Origin: Phoronis australis
Taxonomy: Eukaryota > Animalia > Phoronida
DNA length: 64,000 nucleotides
Direction of reading: 5' to 3'
NCBI GenBank assembly: GCA_002633005.1
Contig: NMRA01000028.1
Span: 62,001-126,000, forward strand
This document shows positions 1-10,330 of the stretch, piece by piece. The translations under genes and the position numbers were made by a program. Every line of letters begins with the position of its first letter. The first letter of the stretch is position 1. Under the pieces are notes generated by a model. That model was not told the origin of the DNA and searched no databases. It worked only from the letters and a program-made list of their open reading frames with translations.

Positions 1-170
1 CAAAGTTTGGTCACTGGACATGGAGTTTTGGGACGCGTGTGGAATTTGTACTGCTGAGTTCATGTTTGCAGCTGAGGCTTAAGCGATCGAAGTTGGATTT
101 TAATGGAACAGTCATGGAATTAACTACGTGTTATAATACAATTGGACATGGCCTCCATGAGGCCAGGGAG
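1..170 (-). other. Possible exon of an unidentified minus-strand gene running off the window (candidate ORF MNSAVQIPHASQNSMSSDQTL... from ATG at 63)
   Basis: On the minus strand a pyrimidine tract and acceptor (TTTTTGTTTTCATTTAG) end at 171. An ATG at 63-61 opens a frame that reaches the window edge. No recognisable homology. Confidence 0.3.
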
Positions 171-1092
171 CTAAATGAAAACAAAAATACGCCAGATGCA
201 CAGAACTTGATTCTGAACAGGTAAAATTACCACGTGAGAGCTTCAACATACATGTAAGTTGATGCAACTAATAACACTAAAAATGAACTTTGCAAAGGTG
301 ACTAACATTTAGGTCTGACTTTTGCAAACTGGAAACTTATCATGTACAACCTGAGATTGTAAGATAAATAAACACATTGCAACAGAAATGTTAAAATCAA
401 GCACAACTACAAGCAAAGTAGATAAATGCGAATCGGTGACAACCCCTATATGGCAAAAGTACATTCGGGTAAGGTTATTTTAGATACTGTCCTTGTCGAA
501 GGCCAGTACATCGTTACTGTAGAATCTTGTTAATTGCGTATTAGTTGTGATAAAGACGGTAAAAGTCCTGAATAAAAAAATAACATTTTCTTCACTGCAA
601 TATTATGCTGTCGATGGAAAACCAAAGTACCTCCAAATCGTATACTACTTTATGAAATGAACAGGTTCAACTCACAATGCTATAATATCTAACTGACTTT
701 GAAATGATAAAAAACTCATCGCTAATAGACTATCAATTTATTCTGGCACAACGCAATAACAGATTGTTGAATAAATGTCTAGTCGACGTTAATATGACAT
801 GCTAAATGTATTAAAACTCCGAAACGTGTAATCACAAATTCCCAAATTATGAAAAACACTACTGGCATGAGTTATAGACTATTTCATATATCAGCCTTGT
901 AATTAACTGTGTATTGTCTGCACTAATTTGAATTATAACTTCACTAAACAAACGGACCCTATGTAACTTGATTCATGGTTAACACTGCGTTCAAAATATA
1001 CTGGGCATAAACAAACAATTTCTTCAATCTATACTTCATAGAATGCTTAGACTACAAAACTAGTATAACACTGTATAAAATAAAGTACTCAC

Positions 1093-1175
1093 TTCGGGAA
1101 GAACTCCTATAAAACAGTTTAGTTTTTCCGTAGTTTAAACTTAACTGATGCTGTTGTCACCATCTTGAATTTAAC
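1093..1175 (-). other. Possible non-coding first exon of the same minus-strand gene
   Basis: The minus strand has CAAGATGG (YY1-like motif common near metazoan transcription starts) and a consensus donor GAA|GTGAGT at 1092. Confidence 0.3.
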
Positions 1176-1460
1176 ACCGACCATCAAAACAATGGAAAAT
1201 GGTTGCCAAAACGAAGGGGCAGTGAATCTTCTGCCACGTGTACTTCAACAACTGAATGCCTTATAAATGTATTACTGACAGTCCATTGTAATGACAGGTT
1301 TGCTATTTATTTTTAAACTTCAGGCAAACACTAGACGATATTGTCAATGTGTTTTAGTGTTGTTTTTTTACCAGTTAGTTTTTCTAAAACCTGAGTTTTA
1401 TTAAGATTCCCGTGAGTAATTAAATAGACAAAATGAGTATTTATTTTAGAGGCGTACAGT

Positions 1461-1594
1461 CAGGACCGGATCAATGTTCCTCGTGACCCCCAAGCTAGAA
1501 GAAGTCTGGGGCCTCATATTACAAAGTAGAAATGCCCAGTTACCTGAGATGCAACTAGCTCAACTAGGTTCCCTGCCCCTACTAAATCTGCCTA
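1461..1594. mobile_element. Short hAT-like MITE remnant
   Basis: Begins CAGGACCGGATC and ends ...CCCCTACTAAATCTGCCTAT, resembling degenerate CAGG..CCGGAT/ATCCG..CTG hAT-type ends. No TSD seen. Confidence 0.3.
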
Positions 1595-2163
1595 TAGGTA
1601 CACCCCTTTGCCTTTGAGGGGGACTGGCTTCCATTCATAATATACTGTCTTATAATAACATAAAGGCGCCAGAACCGGTCCGGTAGGTCTAACGTCCTCC
1701 AGACCAATGTTTTCTGTAAAATATGTCAAAAAATAACCAAATCGGAGTTGAATTCTCAAACTTATCTGGGGAGGCCACCAGAACCCCCACAGGAGGCCCG
1801 GGGAGCACCCTCCTGTACCCTTCTCGTTGCAGAGTTCACTCGACTTGAGCGCCTGTGCATTTCTCGATCTGTCAAATTCGATGAGGAATTTCTCCAAGTA
1901 CTAGTTTCATTTATTTCTAAGCGTAATCACGAGGGAAACAACCTCATTGTTAAAATTCGTTAAAAAAACGGCCTCGCTAAGGCAAGGTTCTCTTCGAAGC
2001 ATTGGAACTGGAAACAACTAACAGTGTGTTTCGAGTTCTCCAAAAGACAAACCGCATAACATTACGAGTGAAATTTGTTTGTTTTGATAGGGCAAGTTTT
2101 AAGAAAGCGAAAAAATAAAATAAAAATATCGTACAGACAGTACATCGGTTTTAAGGAGTTTCA

Positions 2164-3648
2164 CAGCGTTTTCAACTCGGCTTATCAACTCAAAAAGCCT
2201 GACGTTTTCATTTTAAGAGCATTTTATTAATGTTATTTACATTCTGTCACTATATGCTTGCATTGTTGTCATAATTTCTAGTACAAGCATGTTAAGATAT
2301 GAAACCATAAATATAAAGCTAGGTGCAAACAACTGTCTTTATATGCTTTTGCTAGAAATTACGATAACTAGTGATAACAGCTCGTTTGTGTGCTAGCGTT
2401 TCCGCTGGGTTTTAGCCAATACAACCGCTAGCGTTTTCGCCATTCCTATGAACCCAGTATAAAAGCGCATTAATCGCGCAAAAGAGTCTTTAGTGTGATC
2501 ACGTGCTTCGTTTGTAATACATGGCGTTTGCAGAACGGGCGCCAGTTTTACCCGTCCGACACCAGTTTGCTGCTTTAGCATAGGCCGCTACCATACCACA
2601 ACTTCATGAGTCGGAATGCGCTCTGCAGGTGCCCTGTCCCACGCTTGGCTCAGCCTATGTTTACATTATTTCAAAATCCGTCGGTGACTGCCACGAGCTT
2701 CTCAGCCTTACATATAGAAGTAAGGTCGGGTGGTTCAACCTGTGACCTTTGAAGTTCGTGCTGTTACAACCTCTGCGTTCCCACGGTGTGGCAACCAGCA
2801 CTGCAAAATAATCGTCATAAATGACAGAAAATCGTCACGCTCAAATAAGCAAATATCTTTTTAACTCTCGTAAATTTTAGCCACTTAGGCTTACTGAAAT
2901 GTACCGTTGGTACACACAATGTGTTTGACTTGTACGTGATAGCGCTCCGTTCTGTTATTCTCGTTTCTCGATGTTGGAGTTGTGGCACCACTAACCGACA
3001 AACAGACATGAAGAAGCAATGTCTTCCGTCAGTACATGTACGTTGCTCCTGTCAGCAGTGTTTATTTTAAGTCGGTTATGTTCGTGTAATGCAAGAGGAT
3101 GTTCGTCCACAGATGAAATACGCAGTGCGGAAAGGGCAACAGGACACTGTTTAAATTTTAGAAGAGGCGTCAGGGACAGATCAACTGTGTTTTCATGTGA
3201 CAATAGATGTGGCAGTATTTCCAACAAACTTGATGATTGGATGTGTTCTTGTGACCATTTGTGTACCATCTATCAAGATTGTTGCATTGATTTCTTTGAC
3301 GAGTGTCCAGTTTATGTCGCGAGCAACAGTCGCCTCGAAAAAACAACTGTCGAGTGTAAAGATGCCACGAATGGATACTTTTTGCTCGTAGCTGGATGTC
3401 CAAAAAGTGAGAAAGATTCCATAGATGCTGCGTGGTGTGAACACAGTGGATCTCACATATTAGCAGAAATTCCAGTCTTTGATAACAAGACTAAAATTCA
3501 TTACAAAAACTACCACTGTGCTGCTTGCAACGGAGTCAGAGATGTTCAGTTTTGGAACTTCACATTAGGGTGTCAAGACACTGCCATAGAACCCGTCGAA
3601 ATCACATTTCAGGAATTGATGGTGAAGCGCAACGATTCCAAATGCCAC
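2164..3648 (+). repeat. Near-identical copy of 3918-5397 (GPCR upstream region plus 5' CDS), ending at the N gap
   Basis: Starts CAGCGTTTTCAACTC exactly as 3918 does and ends AAATGCCAC as at 5397. Scattered SNPs and indels upstream, few in the CDS. Confidence 0.95.
3019..3648 (+). CDS. Partial duplicate (N-terminal 210 aa) of the SMB-domain GPCR, truncated by the assembly gap; probably a haplotype copy
   Basis: Translation matches 4768-7287 except N24/Y24 and R52/M52, then runs into Ns at 3649. Confidence 0.55.
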
Positions 3649-3917
3649 NNNNNNNNNNNNNNNNNNNNNNNNNNNNNNNNNNNNNNNNNNNNNNNNNNNN
3701 NNNNNNNNNNNNNNNNNNNNNNNNNNNNNNNNNNNNNNNNNNNNNNNNNNNNNNNNNNNNNNNNNNNNNNNNNNNNNNNNNNNNNNNNNNNNNNNNNNNN
3801 NNNNNNNNNNNNNNNNNNNNNNNNNNNNNNNNNNNNNNNNNNNNNNNNNNNNNNNNNNNNNNNNNNNNNNNNNNNNNNNNNNNNNNNNNNNNNNNNNNNN
3901 NNNNNNNNNNNNNNNNN
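3649..3917. other. Assembly gap (269 N)
   Basis: Run of n. Confidence 0.99.
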
Positions 3918-4767
3918 CAGCGTTTTCAACTCTGCTTGTCAACTCAAAAAGCCTGACGTTTTCATTTTAAGAGCATTTTATTAATGTTATTTACATTCTG
4001 TCACTATGTGCTTGCATTGTTGTCATAATTTCTAGCGCAAGCATGTTAAGATATGAAACCATAGATATAAAGCTGGATGCAAACAACTGTCTTTATATGT
4101 TTTTGCTGGAAATTACGATAACTAGTGATAACAGCTCGCTTGTGTGCTAGCGTTTCCGCTGGGTTTTAGCCAATACAACCGCTAGCGTTTTCGCAATTCC
4201 TATGAACCCAGTATAAGAGCGCATTAATCGCGCAAAAAAGGCTTTAGTGTGATCACGTGCTTCGTTTGTAATATAGGGCGTTTGCAGAACGGGCGCCAGT
4301 TTTACCCGTCCCCCGACATCAGTTTGCCGCTTTAGCATAGGGCGCTAATGTACCACAACTTCATGAGTCGGAATGCGCTCTGCAGGTGCCCTGTCCCACG
4401 CTTGGCTCAGCCTATGTTTACATTATTTCAAAATCCGTCGGTGGCTGTCACGAGCTTCTCAACCTTACATATAGAAGTAAGGTCGGATCAACCTGTGACC
4501 TTTGAAGTTCGTGCTGTTACAACCTCTGCGTTCCCACGGTGTGGCAACCAGCACTGCAAAATAATCGTCATAAATGACAGAAAATCGTCACGCTCAAAAA
4601 TCTTTTTAACTCTCGCAAATTTTAGCCACTTAGGCTTACTGAAATGTACCGTTGGTACACACAATGTGTTTGACTTGTACGTGATAGCGCTCCGTTCTGT
4701 TATTCTCGTTTCTCGATGTTGGAGTTGTGGCACCCACCACTAACCGACAAACAGACATGAAAAAGCA

Positions 4768-7287
4768 ATGTCTTCCGTCAGTACATGTACGTTGCTCCTG
4801 TCCGCAGTGTTTATTTTAAGTCGGTTATGTTCGTGTTATGCAAGAGGATGTTCGTCCACAGATGAAATACGCAGTGCGGAAAGGGCAACAGGACACTGTT
4901 TAAATTTTAGAAGAGGCGTCATGGACAGATCAACTGTGTTTTCATGTGACAATAGATGTGGCAGTATTTCCAACAAACTTGATGATTGGATGTGTTCTTG
5001 TGACCATTTGTGTACCATCTATCAAGATTGTTGCATTGATTTCTTTGACGAGTGTCCAGTTTATGTCGCGAGCAACAGTCGCCTCGAAAAAACAACTGTC
5101 GAGTGTAAAGATGCCACGAATGGATACTTTTTGCTCGTAGCTGGATGTCCAAAAAGTGAGAAAGATTCCATAGATGCTGCGTGGTGTGAACACAGTGGAT
5201 CTCACATATTAGCAGAAATTCCAGTCTTTGATAACAAGACTAAAATTCATTACAAAAACTACCACTGTGCTGCTTGCAACGGAGTCAGAGATGTTCAGTT
5301 TTGGAACTTCACATTAGGGTGTCAAGACACTGCCATAGAACCCGTCGAAATCACATTTCAGGAATTGATGGTGAAGCGCAACGATTCCAAATGCCACACC
5401 GTTTTCAATAATACTTATGGCTACGAACGACTTTGTACCGAGAACTACATAAACAACTGTAGCAAGGACTGTGATGCCTCGCCCAAAATCGTCTCTGAGT
5501 GTGCTCGCTATCAGCTGTTAGTTTCATACGACTCCGATTTCAAGAGCTATCATTTCAAAAATCCAACATGTACTGTGTGCAACAACGTTTCACTGGCTCT
5601 TGGCAACTGCTTGACCAAGTGGCCAGAAGTGCGTGGTATTGTCCGACACTTCTGGAAGTTCTCGTACTCCCTTTTAGTAAATGTTAATCCTTCGGGAGAA
5701 CTTAATGTAAAACTCTCTAGCTCTGTAGACCAGGGAAAGTCCAGTGCACAAGCAGTATGTGGTACCCTAGACCTGAAGGATTGTCAAATTATTCACTGTC
5801 AAGAGGGGTATGAAAACATCGACGGCCGATGTCAAATTAGAACTATTTTATCTGAAGTGATTTTAAATATTACGTATGACAGCTCACGCGGAAAACTTGT
5901 ATTGAATAGGCACGAACTTCTTTTAAAATTGTCCCAATATTTCACGTGGTACTTGGAACCTGAAATAGCATTCGATGACAACAATCCAGCAGCTAGAACT
6001 TCCCTTGCTGTTAAGTTTTTACAAGTGCATAATCCGCCATGTGATTACGAAGTAGAGGTAAAAAAGTCAAGGGAAATAATCATGACTTTAAATGTCCATC
6101 TTTCTACGTGGTTTGAACAGAATGCATATGGTGAATTTGTTGACATTGTTGTAACGAATTATTTAGAGCAAAACTGTAACAACACAATTACGGCTAACAA
6201 CACTGACTGTGCCAGAGTTTCATTTCCAAGAAGCTTGTTTAAGCTGTATCAGAATGGCTCTGTTCTATTTAACAACACGGTGTTACTTGACTCAACTGAG
6301 TTTGTAATGGTGGACAACAAAAGCGTCCTGATTTGCAGAGACAAGAATTTAACAATAATAAACGCGACATCGTCTCCACCGCCTGTTACAGAAGCAATGG
6401 GCATTGTTACCGTGGTCTGCTTGATAATTTCTGAATTATGTCTCCTTGTGAGAATTATTTTACAGTTCTTTGTGCCTCTCTATCGCACCTTTCCTGGAAA
6501 ACTGCAATTGATCGTGTCAATTTCACTATTTGTATCGAATATTTCATTTATGGTGAAAATTCCAGCTGCCAATCATCTCGAAGCTTGTGTTGTCGTTGGT
6601 GCGTTCACTCAGTGGGCGTTTCTTGTTTACTTCTTTTCAATGAATACGATTGCTTTCGACATGTGGCAAACCTTCAGTCAGGACCGGGTGCAAGCAGGAA
6701 ACAGGGGTAATAGAAGCATATTACAGTATTTGCTATACTCTTGTACCATCCCGACCATTATTGTAACAATTACGGTAGGAATCCAATACTCTCAGGTTGA
6801 CATCAACTTCAGACCGAATTTCACCGCCTATGGATTATGCTGGTTGCAAGGTCGCCCTCTGTTGATTTATTTCGGCATCCCCTTTATGTTTGTCATCATC
6901 TCCAATGTAGTGTTTTATGTTTTGGCTGCAATATCTATTCGCAAATCTCGTGAGTTGTCACGTCAAGCAAGAGACGCCTCTGAAAGCGGATTTTCAGTTT
7001 ATGTCAAATTGTGTGTTCTTATCGGATTGACATGGATTGTAGCATTTGTTGCCCCGTTTATACGTCACGAGGCTTTCGACTACGTTTTCATCATTTTAAA
7101 CACGTTGCATGGGGCGTATATATTTATTGGATTCGTGTGTACGAGGAGAATTTATAATGAATTATTCAAGTCAAGAAAGTACAAGGCTGGGACTAAACCT
7201 AGGGGAATCATTGAGGTTCCTTTGAGCTGTGAAAATTCAGCGCCCACACCACCACGTCGGGACAAATTCAAAACATACAGTTTTTAG
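4768..7287 (+). CDS. Intronless somatomedin-B-domain class-B (Methuselah-like/adhesion-like) G protein-coupled receptor, 839 aa
   Basis: Signal peptide. SMB motif CDNRCG..CSCDHLCTIYQDCCIDFFDEC. Cys-rich repeats YKNYHCAACN and FKNPTCTVCN. Many N-glycosylation sequons. Seven hydrophobic helices from GIVTVVCLIISELCLL to FIILNTLHGAYIFIGFVC, with family-B motifs (FFSMNTIAFDMW, CWL, YFGIP, LIGLTW, NTLHG). Confidence 0.92.
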   Translation: MSSVSTCTLLLSAVFILSRLCSCYARGCSSTDEIRSAERATGHCLNFRRGVMDRSTVFSCDNRCGSISNKLDDWMCSCDHLCTIYQDCCIDFFDECPVYVASNSRLEKTTVECKDATNGYFLLVAGCPKSEKDSIDAAWCEHSGSHILAEIPVFDNKTKIHYKNYHCAACNGVRDVQFWNFTLGCQDTAIEPVEITFQELMVKRNDSKCHTVFNNTYGYERLCTENYINNCSKDCDASPKIVSECARYQLLVSYDSDFKSYHFKNPTCTVCNNVSLALGNCLTKWPEVRGIVRHFWKFSYSLLVNVNPSGELNVKLSSSVDQGKSSAQAVCGTLDLKDCQIIHCQEGYENIDGRCQIRTILSEVILNITYDSSRGKLVLNRHELLLKLSQYFTWYLEPEIAFDDNNPAARTSLAVKFLQVHNPPCDYEVEVKKSREIIMTLNVHLSTWFEQNAYGEFVDIVVTNYLEQNCNNTITANNTDCARVSFPRSLFKLYQNGSVLFNNTVLLDSTEFVMVDNKSVLICRDKNLTIINATSSPPPVTEAMGIVTVVCLIISELCLLVRIILQFFVPLYRTFPGKLQLIVSISLFVSNISFMVKIPAANHLEACVVVGAFTQWAFLVYFFSMNTIAFDMWQTFSQDRVQAGNRGNRSILQYLLYSCTIPTIIVTITVGIQYSQVDINFRPNFTAYGLCWLQGRPLLIYFGIPFMFVIISNVVFYVLAAISIRKSRELSRQARDASESGFSVYVKLCVLIGLTWIVAFVAPFIRHEAFDYVFIILNTLHGAYIFIGFVCTRRIYNELFKSRKYKAGTKPRGIIEVPLSCENSAPTPPRRDKFKTYSF

Positions 7288-8312
7288 ATTCAGTGCTGTC
7301 ATATGTTATAGACGACAGATTCGGAACTCCGACATGTTCTTGCGAAATATCCTAGAGGAGCTTCTGGTTTTTGTATTCTGACGGCAAATTTTTGCATTTA
7401 TTTTACTGTCTAGTTCAATGAAAAAATAATTTCGGCATTGAAACGTTGTTCAAAGTCTTCCAATAGTAGAACTCTAAGCACTGTGAGTAGTTTTGGCAAT
7501 GCTACAGGTCGTGCAATTGCAAAATTTTAGTGACTGCTATTTACCGTCTGCTTGCACATTATCAGCATGTAATTACTCAGAATTGTTTGGGATTCAAGGT
7601 TTATGTACTGAGAAAATTACAAAAGCGCGTTTGTGCACAAATTTTAAGGAGTATCTGATAAAGTTTTTGTTTTAGAAAGATTATTAATCTTGTTCATATT
7701 ACAATGCACCAAAGGAGAAAATGAATTCAGTGGTCCAACAATGCGTTTATGATTAGATTCTTAAAGTAAGCAGATCGTCTGGGAAGTGTTTTAACACTTA
7801 AAAGTGGCCCTTAAGAGGGCCGTTGGTTGTACTGTGTTTGAGCCATAGGTATAGTGTGTCCTTAAAAGAACCGTTGAATAATTCAACATAAATCACATAT
7901 AGCATGGTCACTCACAGAGGGTTTCTTCTTCATTCACGTTTTCATCAGGGCCGAAAACAAAGAAAATCATGGACAATGCCGATGACAATTGTAACCAATA
8001 GCTCATTGATTGCAACACCTGAAATAGATGTTGCCATTCCGACCAACGTTGTTACGAGCCCTGCCTCGTTCAGTTAACTTTAATTCATGTTCCTGGATCC
8101 ACAAGTAATTCTTAACTGTAGGGAGAAGACCGACAAGATAACGAATCAAATTTCGATTCGAAAGTCATCCTCTTCACACGATTCTTTGTTGCTGTCAGCT
8201 GACTGAAGTTCCTACGAACGTTTTAGACGAAAACCGACTTCCCGACTGATTTGAAAACTGCACAAGCTCTCGTCCTTTGTTTCTAACTCAACCCAAGGAG
8301 AGAAGTGTTTGT

Positions 8313-8800
8313 AGGGCCTTCCATACTAACGTCGACGCGTCGTTGTTTTGGGGAGTTGCGATCAGTATGAACGGTTAACTTCAGTCCTGAATCGAAGTTA
8401 GCAGCGCCAGTTAACTTCGCACTAAAGAGGTGGATTTAATAACTGACGGAGCGTCGACGCTGCCGATGCAGTATGAACCTTGTCATCGGTCCCCGCCATC
8501 GAATTTATCGCCAGGTGCCATTGTTATTGTCAACAATTAAAGGGTAGTGTAGTCGCTAATATTTTCTCGAATAAACACCAATCGAAGTTTTATGCTTATT
8601 AGCACGTCTTTTAAATGTTCCCTAATTGTCATATTTGAAAAATCTTAGCGCGCGGCGCTACCTTGCGATTACTTCGATGGCAACAGTGTCACCTACCGTT
8701 TACTTCGATGTCTGTTTTAAACTACCGAAGCCAGTATGAATGACTTCGCAGTTTACGTCTACGCTCCGCTAAGACCGGAGTTGTCAGTATGAAAAGCCCT
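8313..8800. mobile_element. PIF/Harbinger-like MITE
   Basis: TIRs AGGGCCTTCCATACT ... AGTATGAAAAGCCCT. CAGTATGAA recurs internally at about 8363, 8469, 8733 and 8785. Confidence 0.7.
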
Positions 8801-8920
8801 TTAATCTGTTGTTGATAATACATAACTTTGTTTCAACAATTTTGCATTAACCTGGTGAATGCATTTCGATGAACTGGCCTCATTGTTTTGAACAGAATGT
8901 AAGTTAACTGTAATACTATA

Positions 8921-9027
8921 AATAAAAACAACGACTAATTTAAACCAGCTCAACATGTTTCGGCGATCATTGAAAAACCATCAATAAACGCCGAAACATG
9001 TCAAGCAGGTCCGTCGTTGTTTTTATT
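8921..9027. repeat. Foldback palindrome, possibly from a Penelope-like element pLTR
   Basis: Outer arms AATAAAAACAACGAC/GTCGTTGTTTTTATT and inner arms ACATGTTTCGGCG/CGCCGAAACATGT. Confidence 0.55.
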
Positions 9028-10159
9028 AACATATGCTGTTACTTGCTGTCATGGTGATAACACTATAAAGTTTTGATAATAAATTTATTGTATAGGAGCA
9101 GCAACATGACTCTCATGGAATCAAGCTTGTTTCGAAAAGCTGTGCGCCCTTGGCCATCTGATTGACTCTAGGACTTTGGCGGAAAAATGGTTGGCACAAT
9201 TTTAACTGTGCACGTGTGCACTGTGGGAGTGTTTGTTGTCTGCTGACACTATAGACATATTTTAAGATGGGTCATTTTCACACAATTAAAAATGACCCCG
9301 GGTAACATATTAATATCAAAATATGACCAGGGTGGCATTTTAATGTGAACTACGGTGAAAAAATGACCCCCATGACGGTCATATAAGTAAATGACAGGTT
9401 TTTAAGGTTAAAAAGCAAAGAACTTAGACTTCTTTTCCTGTGCATCGCTCGGAATTACCAGCGTACAAATATTCTCTCGCGCACCCCATTCCTTTCACAC
9501 GGTTCGGAAGTCCCCCCGATCCGCAAGCACCAGGCACTTTTCGGTGTGTTGCAGTATAGGCCCACACCGCTAAGAGATTAGCTCCGCTCCCGCCTATTGT
9601 ATGAAACCGTTGCTTTCCCTCCCCTGCTCAGGCGAGAAATTTAAAGTTCTCTCACGTAAGCTCGACCCTCTCACGGATTCCAATTTGACTTTGGTAGTAA
9701 GAAAACTTGGCTGTGATCGGAAGATTTTTAGCACGTGGCCAAGTATTTTGAATTAGTTCTTTATGCAGCTTTGTCAGATAATATATCCTGGCACGAGCAG
9801 TGTAAAAATGGCCACCTGTTGATTTGGGCAACTGAATGAAGGACTGTTCAAAAAATGATTGTATTCGCTTCTCATTAGTTCACGCACATAATATTCAGTA
9901 ATCGTGAACAGACAAGCCCAGCTCCCACACATCATACTCCTGGTCGTTCAGTACTTTCTCTCCTAATATGCGCCATACTGAAAAAGCAACATAAAGGCAT
10001 GTATATTTCCCTTGCCGCGCTCCAGGTCGCCCCAGACCGTACATCCGCATATCGAACTTTGTTGAAAGATCCCCTATTGCGGAAACTATGCCTGTTGCGG
10101 GAACCGTTGATTAATGACGGGACAAGTTTTCACGGACGTGGGGTCATTTTTAAAGGGTT

Positions 10160-10330
10160 TCGTACTCGAAATTATTTTTGGCATTTTCCGTTCTATTTTT
10201 GTGCGAACTCAAGATAAGTGACTATTCGTCTATGCTCGAGCGCATTGTGATATACTATCACGAAGAATTCGAATAAAAACTCGAGATTTCAAGAAAAACT
10301 CGAAATTTGGAGTTCAGACTCGAACTTTTT
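10160..10330. mobile_element. Fragment of a CTCGA-rich TIR element, same family as 45920-46241
   Basis: Shares GCGAACTCAAGATAAGTG..TATGCTCGAG and AACTCGAAATTT with 45933-46080. Confidence 0.6.

Noticed and set aside
4348-4743. 131-aa ORF upstream of the GPCR
   Set aside because: Disrupted in the duplicate copy (start codon lost, indels) and no recognisable homology.
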